This document shows positions 51,400 to 64,000 of a DNA stretch of 64,000 nucleotides, piece after piece (the first letter of the stretch is position 1; every line of letters begins with the position of its first letter). The stretch is from assembly GCA_034780895.1 (NCBI GenBank), contig JAUZTB010000069.1, forward strand, positions 15,205,397 through 15,269,396, given 5' to 3'. Under the pieces are notes generated by a model. That model did not search any database, was not told the origin of the DNA, and saw only the letters and a program-made list of their open reading frames with translations. A program made the position numbers and the translations under genes. Source of the stretch: Rhynchobatus australiae (lineage: Eukaryota).

Positions 51400-54300
51400 T
51401 GCCACTTATTTCACTTTATTTAAATATCTTGTGCACTTAGACCTGCATTACTTATGAAGCAATAATGAAACTCTATACTAAGTTTATAATTGTGAGAATA
51501 ATTTAAGTATCCATTTTGCAATCACTACAACAAGATAAAGATTACAGCAGATTATTTCCACTTTTACAATGGGCCAAGGTAGCAGGTTATGATATTAAAT
51601 CAGCAATCTGGCCAATGTAAATGATACACGTTCCATTTTATAGCTGGAGTAGCAAGCTTCAATCATACTGAAATCTTCAGAGACCTCCGAACTATAGCAT
51701 ACTTTATAAAAAGCCTTGAAGATTTTTCCACAACATATTTGGGATAAATTAGTTATGCACTCTGATTACACATCACCAGTTTCAAAACATTCAAAACTGA
51801 CCTTAAGAAAGTAAATGGAATCTGCAAATGGGAAATTTTAGAACATTTTTGGCAGAATTATGCTAACATCCTCATCTCATGATTTACTACATCAGGGCAC
51901 AGATCTTAGCTTCTCACATTGTCATCTGACACCGACACAATAAAACTTCAACCCAGAAGTATTCTTCAGCTCTAAAGGCAAATATTTCCAGAAGCACTTT
52001 TCAATGCAGTGCTCCAGTTGTAACAAATGCAACTAAAAAGCTAAATCACTGCTTCAGGGTCAAGACTCTTCTATTATAGAAGATTGCTTCTCAATTCCCC
52101 ATTCCTGAGCTGGTACATACACCATTTGAAACATAGCAACAGCAGAAGGCAAATTCAGTCTCCAGAGCAAATTTGTCCTTTTAAGATAATCATGGCTGAT
52201 TTGTACCCAAATTCCAATTACTTATCTTTGTTCCATACCACTTGGTCCTTAAACTGTTGATCTCAGTCATTAAAATCAAAATTAATTAACCTAGCACCCA
52301 CATCTTTTGGGGGAGAGAATGCTAGGTCGCATTATCCTTAGCATGATTTCGCTCTGGAAAGGACTAGCTGCAACTTCAAACTGTACACAGTGGTAATAGT
52401 TCCTTGTATCCACCCAACAAAAATTCTTTATAATTCAATTAACTTCAGTTACATTCAGAAATTGAAAGCTTTAAATCTGAGCAACCCATATTGGGTGCAC
52501 ATCATGACAAAAATTCTGGAGGTTTTGAACAACTAGTTACAAAAAATAAATTTGTGCAATGTTTTATCTTACAAACATTTTAAATGCTTCTGTAATAAAA
52601 TCAGAATCTTTGACAAAGGAACTTAACAAAAGAGAATTGTTTCTTAAAAACATTACACTGAAATATGATTTTGTAACAGACAAGGGTCCCTATCATGCAC
52701 TGAACACTTTAAATCTGGAAGCTATATATGGCTGTATACATTAACCTGGAACTACTCAACGCAACTGCTTCTCTGCAAATAATTTACATCAGTGAAAAGT
52801 ACTGCCTTAAAAAAGTCATAGAATTATCACCAGAGATGGAGTTCAAGCAACTTATTGCTGATATCAAGATCAATCCATGGGGCACTGCTCTTCTCCAGCA
52901 CATTTTTACAAGGGAAATCAATACTCTTTAAATGCAGCGCAACTGGGGTGGACCAATATTCACCCTTCCACCACGTATATATTAACTTGCACAAAACCCT
53001 CTACAGGTTCACCATCAGATCTCACAGTTGTGAACTTGTTCCAATATATTAGGTCTTGCATGCAGCATGCTTTACACTTAACTGTTTCTGCACCTTAAAA
53101 TTGCAAGATATTTGAACTCGATCGTGGAAATTTTTCAGCTAGTCAAAAAGACTTTGCTAATGCGTGTCATGTATGACTATTGTGAGCAATGTCTGTATAA
53201 ATCTACTACTATTGGTATTAATCCTAAATATTAAAATTTTGGTAGATTTCCAATCTCTTCTCTCTAACTCTTCCCCCTCCATCCCTACCTTGACTCAATT
53301 TCGGAGTTCCCTTTCAAAAGATTTATATTTAAAAGCAATTTACTCTGGAAAATACAGGACCACATTTTTTTTGTGGGTGGGGAAAAAATCATTTGATAAA
53401 TGAAGTATGAAATATCTCCATTTGTACAGGTTAAAGCATCAGGGTTGTTTTATAGTCACACATTGGTAGCAATCTAGCACTAAGAGAAAGTAAAGTGCCA
53501 ACTTGGACCAGAATATTTGAACCATCCAAATGGTTTGCTTTTGAAGGATTTAGCACCAGCTGCAAGATCTAGAAGAGGCTGAAATAAGGCAATTCAATGA
53601 AATAAGATATCCAGATGGTTCAGGCTGCTCACCAGCTGTTTGAAATTGTAGTTCATCAGAAATATTCTTTTGCATTTCTACACAGAAACAACTTATTGCT
53701 ATGCTTGCCGTATTTTTCTGTTCCTTTCCTCCCGCCCCCTCTTCTCGGTACAGAATTAAAAGAAAGTCATGTTCCTGGGTTTTTGAACATGTCTGGGTAA
53801 CACACCATGAACCCCTAACACTGACTGCTATACAGCAAAACAGGATAGCATCAAACTGTCACNNNNNNNNNNNNNNNNNNNNNNNNNNNNNNNNNNNNNN
53901 NNNNNNNNNNNNNNNNNNNNNNNNNNNNNNNNNNNNNNNNNNNNNNNNNNNNNNNNNNNNNNNNNNNNNNNNNNNNNNNNNNNNNNNNNNNNNNNNNNNC
54001 TTCAATGTCTAGTACATTGGACTCAAATACCTGGATAGAAACTATTTGCTCGAGATCCACAGCCAGAATTTTGTCAGAGAAGGTGGTATTAAGGCAGATT
54101 TAAGTACACAGAAAGAATAAGAACAGGGTACAGCTTTGCTAAAACAAAATAACATTACTGCAAACTGTTATCATACTGAATTTCTGCTCTTGCGTGAGAG
54201 ACTGTAGACATCCATCAACATTTTCAAACGCAGAGAAACTAAGCTAATAGCATTGTGCTGAACAGAACTGTGCAGTTCATTTTAAACCAAATATATTCTG

Positions 54301-56350
54301 TCAGATAGAATGTAGATCAGTTTAGGCCATGCAAAACAAATTAAAAAGGTTTATGCCAATGTTAGGACTTTTACTGCTAATTGAAGAGGAAGAAGCTCCC
54401 TACATTTTTTATGAAAAGAATGATTAGGTTTGAAGCAATTAAGAGTTCTCCAATACACACACCATTACATAAACCCAACAATAAAAATCATATAATTAAC
54501 TGGTCTGTTATCAAATGTATTCTTGAATTGGTTCAGGTATATATGTGAAAGAATTTAGTATACATCAACTTCTGAATTATCACTGTAATTCCCACAATTT
54601 TGCAATTAAGTATTTTGATAATTTATTATTTAAAATAACAGATCCAATAGCTTTAGTTAAACAAAGTAAGAAACAGAGCTAAGTGGGAAATTTGTGCTTG
54701 AATTATGGACAAAATTAAATAACTGAATCAATGGTAACATATGATTTTTCTAAGATTTTCATCTTTTTAGATGGCTGCAAATTGGCTGTGTTTGAATGTG
54801 CAGATTGGAATGCAAGCCAGCATTCCAATCTGCACATTCAATCACAACCAATGATATGTCAAGAAGAATACAAGAAACGAGGCCTCTTGGGTTTCACTCA
54901 CCATTCACAAAGACACCAGTGAGATCTTCTACTCAAATTCCACTTTCCAATCCTTTCTCTGTTTCCCTCAATCCCCATGGTATTTAAAAATCCATCAGTC
55001 TTTATGTTGAACAAACCTTTGGCCTGTGCATAAACAGTATCTGATGCAGAAATTTTCAAGGATTCCCCAAGCTGAGAAGAAATTTCTCTTTATTTCATTT
55101 CTGGGCTGCCATCCCAGCCTTAAAACAATTTGTACATAGAGATGGAACAGATGACTGCAGTTTACTGTCTATCTATACTGGCATGAATCCCACAAATCCT
55201 TCTAGATTGAGACCACTGCTTATTCTAAACAAGGGTGTTCCTGTTAATTAATTGAAAGTGTGGAATTGTGGTTCTTTCCAATTGCTCTTTCAGGCAGAAT
55301 TCTGAAGCTAATTTAAACTGTATGCTTTTCCCTCAAGAATGGTTATAAACTTTTGGCNNNCGTGCAGCCTGCTTTGAAGAAGTCCTAATCTTCTATGTAT
55401 CTTATGGCTGGAACCTTTCCACAATGTTTATTTTAAGAAAAGCAAAACTGAAATTACTAAGTCAAAACAAGCTAACCTTCTCACAAACTCTTGCAAGCCT
55501 AGCATCCAGTCATAAAGCTCATGAAAAGGTAAATGATGCACCGAGGGGGTAAAAACTAGTGTGAAAGAATATCATTTCAAAAAAGATATTTGCATGTATG
55601 CTCTAGAATCCAATGCCTGCTGCTTAGGTTGCAGTGAAACAAAGCAAAATTTGCAACAGCACTGACCAGTGCACTCAGCTGACATTTAAAAGGCAAAGGC
55701 AAATTATTTCTGCATAAAAGCCAAACCAGCCGCTTTTCAGTAGAAAGCTCCTGGCATCAAATTGCATGAAGTTCATTAAGATCTCACTGAAGAGAAAAAT
55801 AGTTCTCTGCAGCTGACCTGATCACTGGCCTTCTAGGTTACTTCACACATAGCTGTCAGTTATTGCCACAACATTTCCATTTTCTTACTGTGAGGTTACC
55901 AACCAGACCACTGAGAAATTTTCTCTACAAAAGCCTCCATGTGAAGAATTCATTTAGTGTGTCAGGCTCAAGACCACTTCAGCTGGGTGTTGCATGTGTC
56001 ATTGGTCTGCAGCAGGGGTTCATTAAGAAATATAAATGACTGACCTACTTGAAAGAACAACTTAATTTTTTATAGATACACATTAGATAGACAAAAATGT
56101 AGCCTCTACTTTAAAGAAATACAGTCAGGCTTAGGCTGGTACAGCATTATAATGTTTCCATAGCATTGCCTACTATACAGTATGTAATGCCAAGCACTTT
56201 TTTGATTTAGCTATACATTTACTCAGGAAGAAATAAAATGCTTTTTTTAAAAAAAAGATAATTTCTACAGTTAAATTACAAAGTGCTCACATAGATTTCT
56301 CACAGGTGCAAAAGTTGCAGTTTTCACAACCTTCAGCTTAGTATCATAGC
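51400..56350 (-). other. USP20: Probable non-coding terminal exon (long 3' UTR) of USP20
   Basis: Strong minus-strand acceptor gactaac-gaggga-ttttttgttttgcag| at 56351 (branch A about 22 nt upstream). AT-rich, repeat-poor region. Minus-strand AATAAA at 55427-55432, 54622-54627 and 51415-51420, the last followed by a U-rich tract. The 3' end is inferred. Confidence 0.55.
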
Positions 56351-57257
56351 CTGCAAAACAAAAAATCCCTCGTTAGTCTTGGGTTGGTTGAACAATTGCA
56401 TTAGGATTCCCATGCTGATCAGTTCAGCTTATTTCTATATGTTGCATTTTTTCTCATCAAACTTCATTACTCAAAAATGACTCGAGTATGGAACTTACAA
56501 CCAGAAAGAGTAATTGAGGAGATTAGCATAGTTGACTAAAGGGAAGCCAGATAAAAACAAAGGAGAGAGGTAGGATATGTAGATGCAGTTAGATGGGAAA
56601 AAAAACACTCCAAAATTAAAAACAGTAAATGCTGGAAATACTTAGCAGGTCAGGTGAAATCTATGTTAAATTGGAGTCTGATCAGTGTAACCATGGAAGA
56701 TATACAGCATATGCAACATCGCCTGCTTCCCTGATCATCAAGCTAAAGAATGGTAATCAATCAAAAACATTAATTCCTTTTCTCCCTCTGCACCTGTTCT
56801 GTTGAGTATTTTGTTGGAATTGAACGAATCAGGGTGGGACATGACTTACGTGGAGAATAATCACTCATACTGAGCAATCTTGCCAAATAGCCCATTCTAA
56901 GTTGCAAATGCTTTCCAAATGTTATAGTTTATTTCTTAGTCTGCAGGGATAAATGTTGAGCTTCCAGACCTTTGCCAATGCACAATCAGTTCATAAACCT
57001 GAATTAACTCGGTCTTATTTTCTCCCCCCAACCTGTCTTTAAGTCAGAATCCTAGCTCAATATCTATGTCCCATTTGCACTCAGAATTATAATCTGCTGC
57101 TTGCTAACCTATTTATTACTTGATAGAAGGTAATTTTCCAATATTCATCCCAAATACCAACACTACTGTAGGCACCACACCTGTGCTGAGTGATATTTAG
57201 TAAGTAGGGATAAATTTCCACTTGAATGGGAATCAGAAGCTGTATTGGGCAAATTCA

Positions 57258-57520
57258 GAGATGTGTGGGGCAAGTTTCTTTTTACACAGAGAGCGGTGAG
57301 TGCCTGGAATGCACTGCCAGGGGCTGTGGTGGAGGCAAATATGATAGAGTCATTCAAGAGGCTCTTAGATAGGCACATAAATGTGCAGGAAATTCAGGGA
57401 TATGGATATTGAGTCAGCAGAAGGGTTTAGTTTAGTTGGGCATTTGTTTACTAAGTTAAGTAGTCTGGCACAACATTGTGGCTGAAGGGCCTGTTCCGGT
57501 GCTGTACTGTTCTATGTTCT
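57258..57520 (+). mobile_element. CR1 3' fragment in the putative USP20 3'-UTR intron
   Basis: tttttacacagagagcggtgagtgcctggaatgcactgccaggg...gaagggcctgttccggtgctgtactgttctatgttct. Confidence 0.9.
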
Positions 57521-58074
57521 GTATAGAATCCCTAAATAGAACTTGGGGATAGTGAGTTTTAAAATCATCATTATGCAATTGAATAGTAGACACAGTCTAG
57601 AGCCTTCATATTTCAGGAAAGAATTGAAATCAAATCAATACTTTAGTCTCTCATGTTCCATGTCAATTTAAGATAGAACACACATTGTACCCATCAGTTG
57701 CATCCCTTACTGGAAAATCAGTTTATTTCTTGTCCTAATAACTCTCTGCATGGCTCAGAGTCAGATGCTCCCGTATAATGCACCTGTGAAGTGCATTGAG
57801 ATACTTTACTAAAGTATAAAGTGCAGTTAAGTTGGTTAACTTTTCTATCTTTCAAGAGTTTTCAGAAGTTCTTAAAATCCTCGCACATGTCAAGGGAATA
57901 TAGGAACAGGAAAAGGAGATCAATTAGCCCGCTATAAATTCAATAATTTTGTTTTAAAAATGGCCGATCTGCATCTTAACACTATCTTCTTTGGCTCTGT
58001 AAGAGAATCTGTGACATTTGTCTCCTCCTACACAAATGTACCTTTCAACCAGTTATTTTAAGCCGGCTCTATCA

Positions 58075-58232
58075 TCACACAGCACGAGTTTCAGCTTCTA
58101 TTTTCCGCTCTCCTTGCGGGCTGTCCAAATCAGGTTGAACAACATTCTGCCGCATGGCAATTTCTGGTCCACCACCGTAGATAGTAAACAAGTAGTTCCA
58201 GGTTTCCTCAGAAATCTGACCATAATCTGCAC
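58075..58232 (-). CDS. USP20: USP20 last coding exon, (G)[51 protein letters not shown]
   Basis: Acceptor ttttttttaaatcag|. The C-terminus KIEAETRAV matches USP20 as I recall it and favours USP20 over USP33. The stop is followed by two more in-frame stops (TGA TGA TAG). Confidence 0.95.
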
Positions 58233-58474
58233 CTGATTTAAAAAAAATCAGAACCAAAACATGAGAAGGAAAAAAAAAATCAGCAAAGAAATCTCAATTT
58301 ATAGGTACATGATTATGCCATCAGTTTTGGTCTCTATTACCACTGACTGAAATATTCCATTCTTTTAAATAGTGTACATACTTGAAGAAAATATATCCAT
58401 GCCTGTTCTACTATTTTGAAACACTTTATATTCAAATCACAACTGTATAGCAAGCAAACTATTTCGATCCATAC

Positions 58475-58543
58475 CTTGTTTAAGCTGGACATGGCCACCT
58501 TTAATGACTGCAATTTTGCTATTGTCTATTGGACCAGGAGGTT
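58475..58543 (-). CDS. USP20: USP20 coding exon, (E)[22 protein letters not shown](G)
   Basis: 69-nt exon, ttttttctctcccag| ... aag|gtatgg, phase 1 to phase 1. Carries the PGPIDN DUSP hallmark. Confidence 0.96.
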
Positions 58544-59225
58544 CTGGGAGAGAAAAAAATAAGTACATTGAGGGAAAGTCTTCTCAGCTGTTTTCAACAA
58601 CATATACTTCAGTTGCTTTCAGTGCAAAATCAGAGAAAGCCAATTAGTTCACGTCTACTCCACTTAGAATCTATGTGTGATCATTCTATTGGAAAATCTG
58701 CCCCCTCCAACTGCTATCCTATGTTTTAAGGAATGCTATACTTTCCTCAACGCCTCAAAGAAAATAAAGCAATCTCATAATATTATTGTGACCATAGAAA
58801 AATTCTATTTGTTGTGACACTGGACTTTGGTGCTATTTAACCTCATGTAAATATCAGAGGCTTCTTTGATTGGCTGCCATAACTTGTCTACAGCTCCATT
58901 CCTTTTGTAATAGTACAACTATCAGGTTGGTAGTAGGTGAATCTATGGCCCTTAAGAATAAGACAAATAAGTTTGTATTCCTAGGACTGCTTATAAATAT
59001 ACACATATCAAAGTGAACTTAGATTACTGATTTAAAAATCTCAGCCTTAATGTGCAGTGGCAGTTTTTTTTAAAAATACAGTGTCACTTTTTTTGTTAAG
59101 TATTTAATTGTTCAGATAAAATATAGGTTCTAAAATGTAATCCTATGAATTTTGCACTACTGAAATTCAGGGAAATTGCCAATCTATTTGATTTACTGGA
59201 AATATTTCCATCAAATGTTTCTTAC

Positions 59226-59328
59226 CGTTGTCTTTGCCTTTAACAAAACCTTCCCACTCACGGAACCACTGCATACTAATACAGTATATAACACAGGGAG
59301 ATTCCTCAGCCTGGAATGCTTTGTTTAG
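59226..59328 (-). CDS. USP20: USP20 coding exon, [34 protein letters not shown]
   Basis: 103-nt exon, ttttcatccag| ... g|gtaag, phase 0 to phase 1. DUSP2 motif [11 protein letters not shown]. Confidence 0.96.
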
Positions 59329-60999
59329 CTGGATGAAAAAATAATGAGTAGAACAGTCACGAAGAGTTTTGTTTACTTCATCATCATTGCTAAATAAAAC
59401 ATTATCTATTCATGATCACTTTGCTATTTGCGAGAACTTATTGTGTGCAAACTGACTACAGTGCCTTTGCTTCGGTCCTTCATCGGTCCTTTGGGTTGAC
59501 CAGAGGCTGTGAACTGTGTTATACAAATGCAAGTTGTTCCTTCTCATAGGTTAGTAGTTCTCAGGTTTATGAATTCAATTATTTCACTGTGACATGAAAG
59601 AAGACTTTTACTCAATTTTTCATTTTCATCAAGGCATCATGCATAATTTTCCAATCTAACTATACATAGGCAAATTATCTGGTGTCAAAGCGATCCATTT
59701 TCCAAATCAACTACCTCCAGCAACACAGAAGGTGATATGCAAATATGTCCAGTGGTTTTTCTTCTCCTTAGGGCAGTGGGAACAAAGTTGGTTAATGGTA
59801 GTCAATTTGCTCCCCATCTCCACTGAAGTCCGACAGCTCTGTTGATATTAACAGCTGGGTGTAGTGTGCAGTTAAGTATTCCATGGCTCAGTGTAGTGAT
59901 GTTGTTCACCTCCCATTGGTTTCTAAATATATAAAACCAACTCGTGTATGCTCCAAAATTTTCTCAGCTGAAATTTACATTTCAGTCACCCCAAATGCCT
60001 GGCTAACAAAGCAAAAGTTTAGCTAACCAGATACCGTCACTTAACTATGAGAACAGCAGGACACTGGGACCAGCTACATCGCTCTTTTGGAGAACTGGTG
60101 CAGGAACAATGGGCCAAATGTTAATATTGTTTGATATGAGTGTATGGAAACTTACTTATGTCAGATAATGTCTTTTCTGACCTCATGACCAATACCGTTA
60201 GTTTATTTTCCTACTTTGACGTGTAGGCAAGTAGATTTCAAGAGCTGTAAACTTTCCATTGAAATGGCTTCAGTCTCAGAAAGTCAAATAAGTAAAAAAA
60301 AGGTGCAAGCAAGCATATTTACACTGGTTGTTTTATTCCATAAGAATTTAGTGATTCAGAGCCCTTGCAATGAAATCTTTACCAATCTCCTGCTCTTGTA
60401 AAATATGTTGCAATTTGATGGAAAGAAACATCACTTCCACTGGACAGCTTTAGCTTTGGTGATTCACCCTTTATGGGTTTAAAACTATATAAATATATTT
60501 TATAACATTGGGGAACCTACTCAAACTCAGGAAACTTTGATTTAGAATCACATAACATTAGTTTTCACTCCATGAAATTAGGTAGGAATTTAGGAAGAGC
60601 AATAAGCTATTTGGGTCCTCAAATCTGTTCTTCTATTCAAAGTGATCGAGGCCAATTTTTGACCTGCCACTTTTGCCTGACATCTCTTGATAACTTTGCT
60701 CAACTGAAACCCAACAGTCTTAAATTTAAGGTTAACCAAAAGTCCCCATTAATAACACTGTTCCCAAGCTACTGCCACCATGAAATTATACCCCTGAATT
60801 TTGCTAATCTGTTCTAATAAACTGTATGAATTAGAAATTTTCTTCATTTAATTAACAGACTATCCCTGGATGGGAACTAAGTGAAGCACTCTCAGAATCT
60901 CTTTCACTTTGGGTTAAGTAGAAGGATTTATTCAGAGACTGCAATTAATCTTAAATTAGCATTTTTAAAGTTTTCCATCTGTATGCAGAACAGAGTTTC

Positions 61000-61350
61000 A
61001 AATTTCTACCACTATTTCATGCACACAAATTTCATTTCAGAAAGGTAAGGTACTATTTTTAGAATATGTTCCCCAGTCCTACACTCTCCAATCAGTGGAA
61101 ATAGTCCCTCCATATCCAACCTATTAGATTTCCTCAACATCTTCAAAACTTCACTCAAATCACCCCATAACCATATTCTTAATATAAACACTCTACATAT
61201 GGTTTGGTCTAACTGTGGCTTTCTATTTCTGTAGTACAACTTCTATCCCTTTTATGGAGGGGTCTACATGCCAGGGCAACATTCAATTACCCTTTGAGAT
61301 TATTTTACATTCCCATTGCTGACAATTTAATGATGAGTGTATGGACTCCA
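61000..61350 (-). mobile_element. Decayed CR1 fragment in a USP20 intron
   Basis: Minus strand GDLSEVLKMLRKSNRLDMEGLFPLIGECRTGEHILKI. Confidence 0.75.
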
Positions 61351-62150
61351 AATCGTCCCCCACCACCACCCAGCCACCAGCCCTGTTATTCCTCCAAATT
61401 CTCTTTGGGCCTCTCTAACATCTGAACATTTGCTTGGTTGGATGAAGATTTAAAATTATAAATCTTTTAATTTAGCAACAACACAGACAAAATGACAACC
61501 ACAAGAAATTTCAAAGCCAATGCTCATACCACCATGGATCTGCTAAGTTTTTAAAGGCAGAACAAGAGATTGAATCTGAAAACCACTTTTCAAGTAACTA
61601 ATAACAACATTCTTTCCAGTAACAGCTATCCTGAAAGTGTCACTCTTGGTCTCCTGTTGATGGGTGGTACACACTAAAGGAAACTTTCTTTGCTGTAACT
61701 CAATCTACATCAAATGTATTTAATTTCATTTCAGAGCACAGCAGCATACAATTATCAGAAGTATAGGAGTTACATTTTTAGCCATAGTATTATTCATCAC
61801 AAATTCTTAATGTCCACTGAGCCATTGATATACAATTGCCCACTGCTGGGAAGGGAGAAGGTATCCAAGGCTGTACTCCCACATTAGCTCAAAACAAAGG
61901 CAGAGACNNNNNNNNNNNNNNNGAATGTGTAATTTGTTGTGATGCATGACTTATCAGTTGTACCACGATAGAGTACCAGCAATTGCCATTTCACACACAA
62001 GAATTTTACTGATTATAGGTTTAAATTAGTTCAATGTTCTCAAACATTTAAGGCAATTGTATAATTAACAACCATAAAATTCAGTGAGAAATCTAGATCC
62101 CTCCCTCCCCCCCACCCCTCCTTTTAGGATGATGCACAATGATCTCTGAC

Positions 62151-62259
62151 CTTTATAAAAGTGTCTACTTCCATTTTCCTCCTTTTAGCAATTGCCTCAA
62201 TTTCTACTTGGCAAGTGGAACAGATGTATAAATGGTTCACAGAAGGGCCACCTCCAAAC
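62151..62259 (-). CDS. USP20: USP20 coding exon, [36 protein letters not shown]
   Basis: 109-nt exon, ggcag| ... aag|gtcaga, phase 2 to phase 0. GGGP motif closing the DUSP domain. Confidence 0.95.
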
Positions 62260-63042
62260 CTGCCACAATCAAGACAAGAATATTGAGACATATAGCAATT
62301 TTGTTAGATGATCAGGAAGAATGCCAAAGGTAAGGACACTTTCATCATGTTAAACCCAATTCTCTAAACTGTCTCCTTATTCCTCAATATCTTTACTTGC
62401 CAAACAAATGTGTTGTTTTAAAGTATCTTGACTGAACCACATTCATGATTATCTGGGATCACGTCAGCACAGATTCATATCAGCATACTCTTCTTAAGTC
62501 AAGAAACATTTGTTTTTAACCAGATTTTCTTTCAGGCAGCCTAATTCTAGTTTTAAAAGCCTTCCCTTGGGTTAACAAATTAAAGGGAAGTTGTACCTAT
62601 CCTGCCAATTTCTTTTAATTGTTTTAAGGACCTCAATCATATCAACTTTAATTTCCTTATCTCTACTGTACACAACTGAGGTCTACTCAGTCTCTCATCT
62701 TATCCCAGAATTATCAACATCTATGTATCCATTCCAAGGCAAGAATGTCCAATGCACACAAAACTCTGAGTTAGTCTAAAATGGCTGGTAGCCATACAAA
62801 GAGAACCATTACTTATATCATTTTGTATGAGGAGTCAGGTGCTTTCTGTTCAGCCTCCCCATAGCAGCACATTTGAGGAAAAAAGCAAAAGTTGGGAATG
62901 AAAGGCATTTATTCAGACTGAATCTGACCTAGTGATAAGATTAACTAATCTGTTTTTAAAAATACAAAAGAAACCTGTCAAAAGACTCAAATGTTTTATA
63001 ACAAATTTCAAGTATCCACTCTTAGGAGTCTCATTGCACTTA

Positions 63043-63321
<279 letters not shown>

Positions 63322-64000
63322 TTAAGATTACCTGAGGTTTACTTATAAGGATTTGTTTTTAGAGTGAAGTCCGAGGTTGCTACGCTTTTAACTTCTGCTT
63401 TGTTGAGTACAACAGTGCCTTCATTAAACTGTCACACACTGACAACAAAGAGTTACAATGGAATGAAGCTCCATTCAAGAAAAGCAAGAATAAAATAATC
63501 CCTCTGATATTTGCAAGTAAGTTTGAGCTATGGTAACTAAAAATGTAAGCAGCAGAATATTTGAGTAGTAAAGTTAATCTTCAGTTTCATCTTTCAGCAT
63601 TTTCTCCATTATCTTTTAAGAAACAATAGGATTGGTGATGATTCACAACAAGCCAATTCAAGTTTTTTTCCAAGATGAAGGTTTTGTATTATTACAAACA
63701 ACTATTTGTGGCTTAAACAACAACCCAATGGGGGTGAAAGTGAAGGAACTGTAGTTCTAAGAAACAGTCTAAGCAAATAACAACCCTGTATTTTTGCTTG
63801 GACTGTTTCTTAGAGCCAAAGAAAAAGCCAGCATTTATTAATCATCCCTAATTGCCTTCTGAAATGAGTACCTGATGATCTGTGCAGACTCAGTGGGCAA
63901 AAGGGCCTGTTTCCATGCAGTATGATTCTATAACAGAGTGGCATAATAGGTCATTTCAGATGGCAGTTAAGAGTCAACTACTTTGCTATAGCTATGTTGC

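Noticed and set aside
3960-56810. Recurrent gatgctgcctgacctgctgag motif considered as a CRISPR-like or regularly spaced array
   Set aside because: Irregular spacing, both orientations and high divergence indicate an interspersed eukaryotic repeat.

Overview
AT-rich, repeat-dense vertebrate genomic DNA with many N gaps (draft scaffold). The repeat complement (CR1, L2, Rex1/Babar, RTE LINEs, V-SINE and DeuSINE-type SINEs, Penelope-derived palindromes) points to a cartilaginous fish (shark/ray). The only protein-coding gene I recognise confidently is the 3' end of USP20 on the minus strand: five phase-consistent coding exons between 63125 and 58075, plus a probable 3'-UTR intron and a long non-coding terminal exon starting at 56350. 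The remaining ~50 kb is mostly decayed transposons. Candidates worth follow-up: a possible unannotated minus-strand spliced gene encoding a 72-aa MGC-starting microprotein (8803-9021) with a CpG-rich putative first exon near 22.4-22.8 kb; about 15 Penelope-derived elements with head-to-head minimal hammerhead-ribozyme remnants; a solo LTR replacing the RT core of a CR1; and a 5'-inverted RTE. TE family names come from remembered motifs rather than database searches, and TE boundaries are approximate. I see no prokaryotic-type system, CRISPR array or intact autonomous element.
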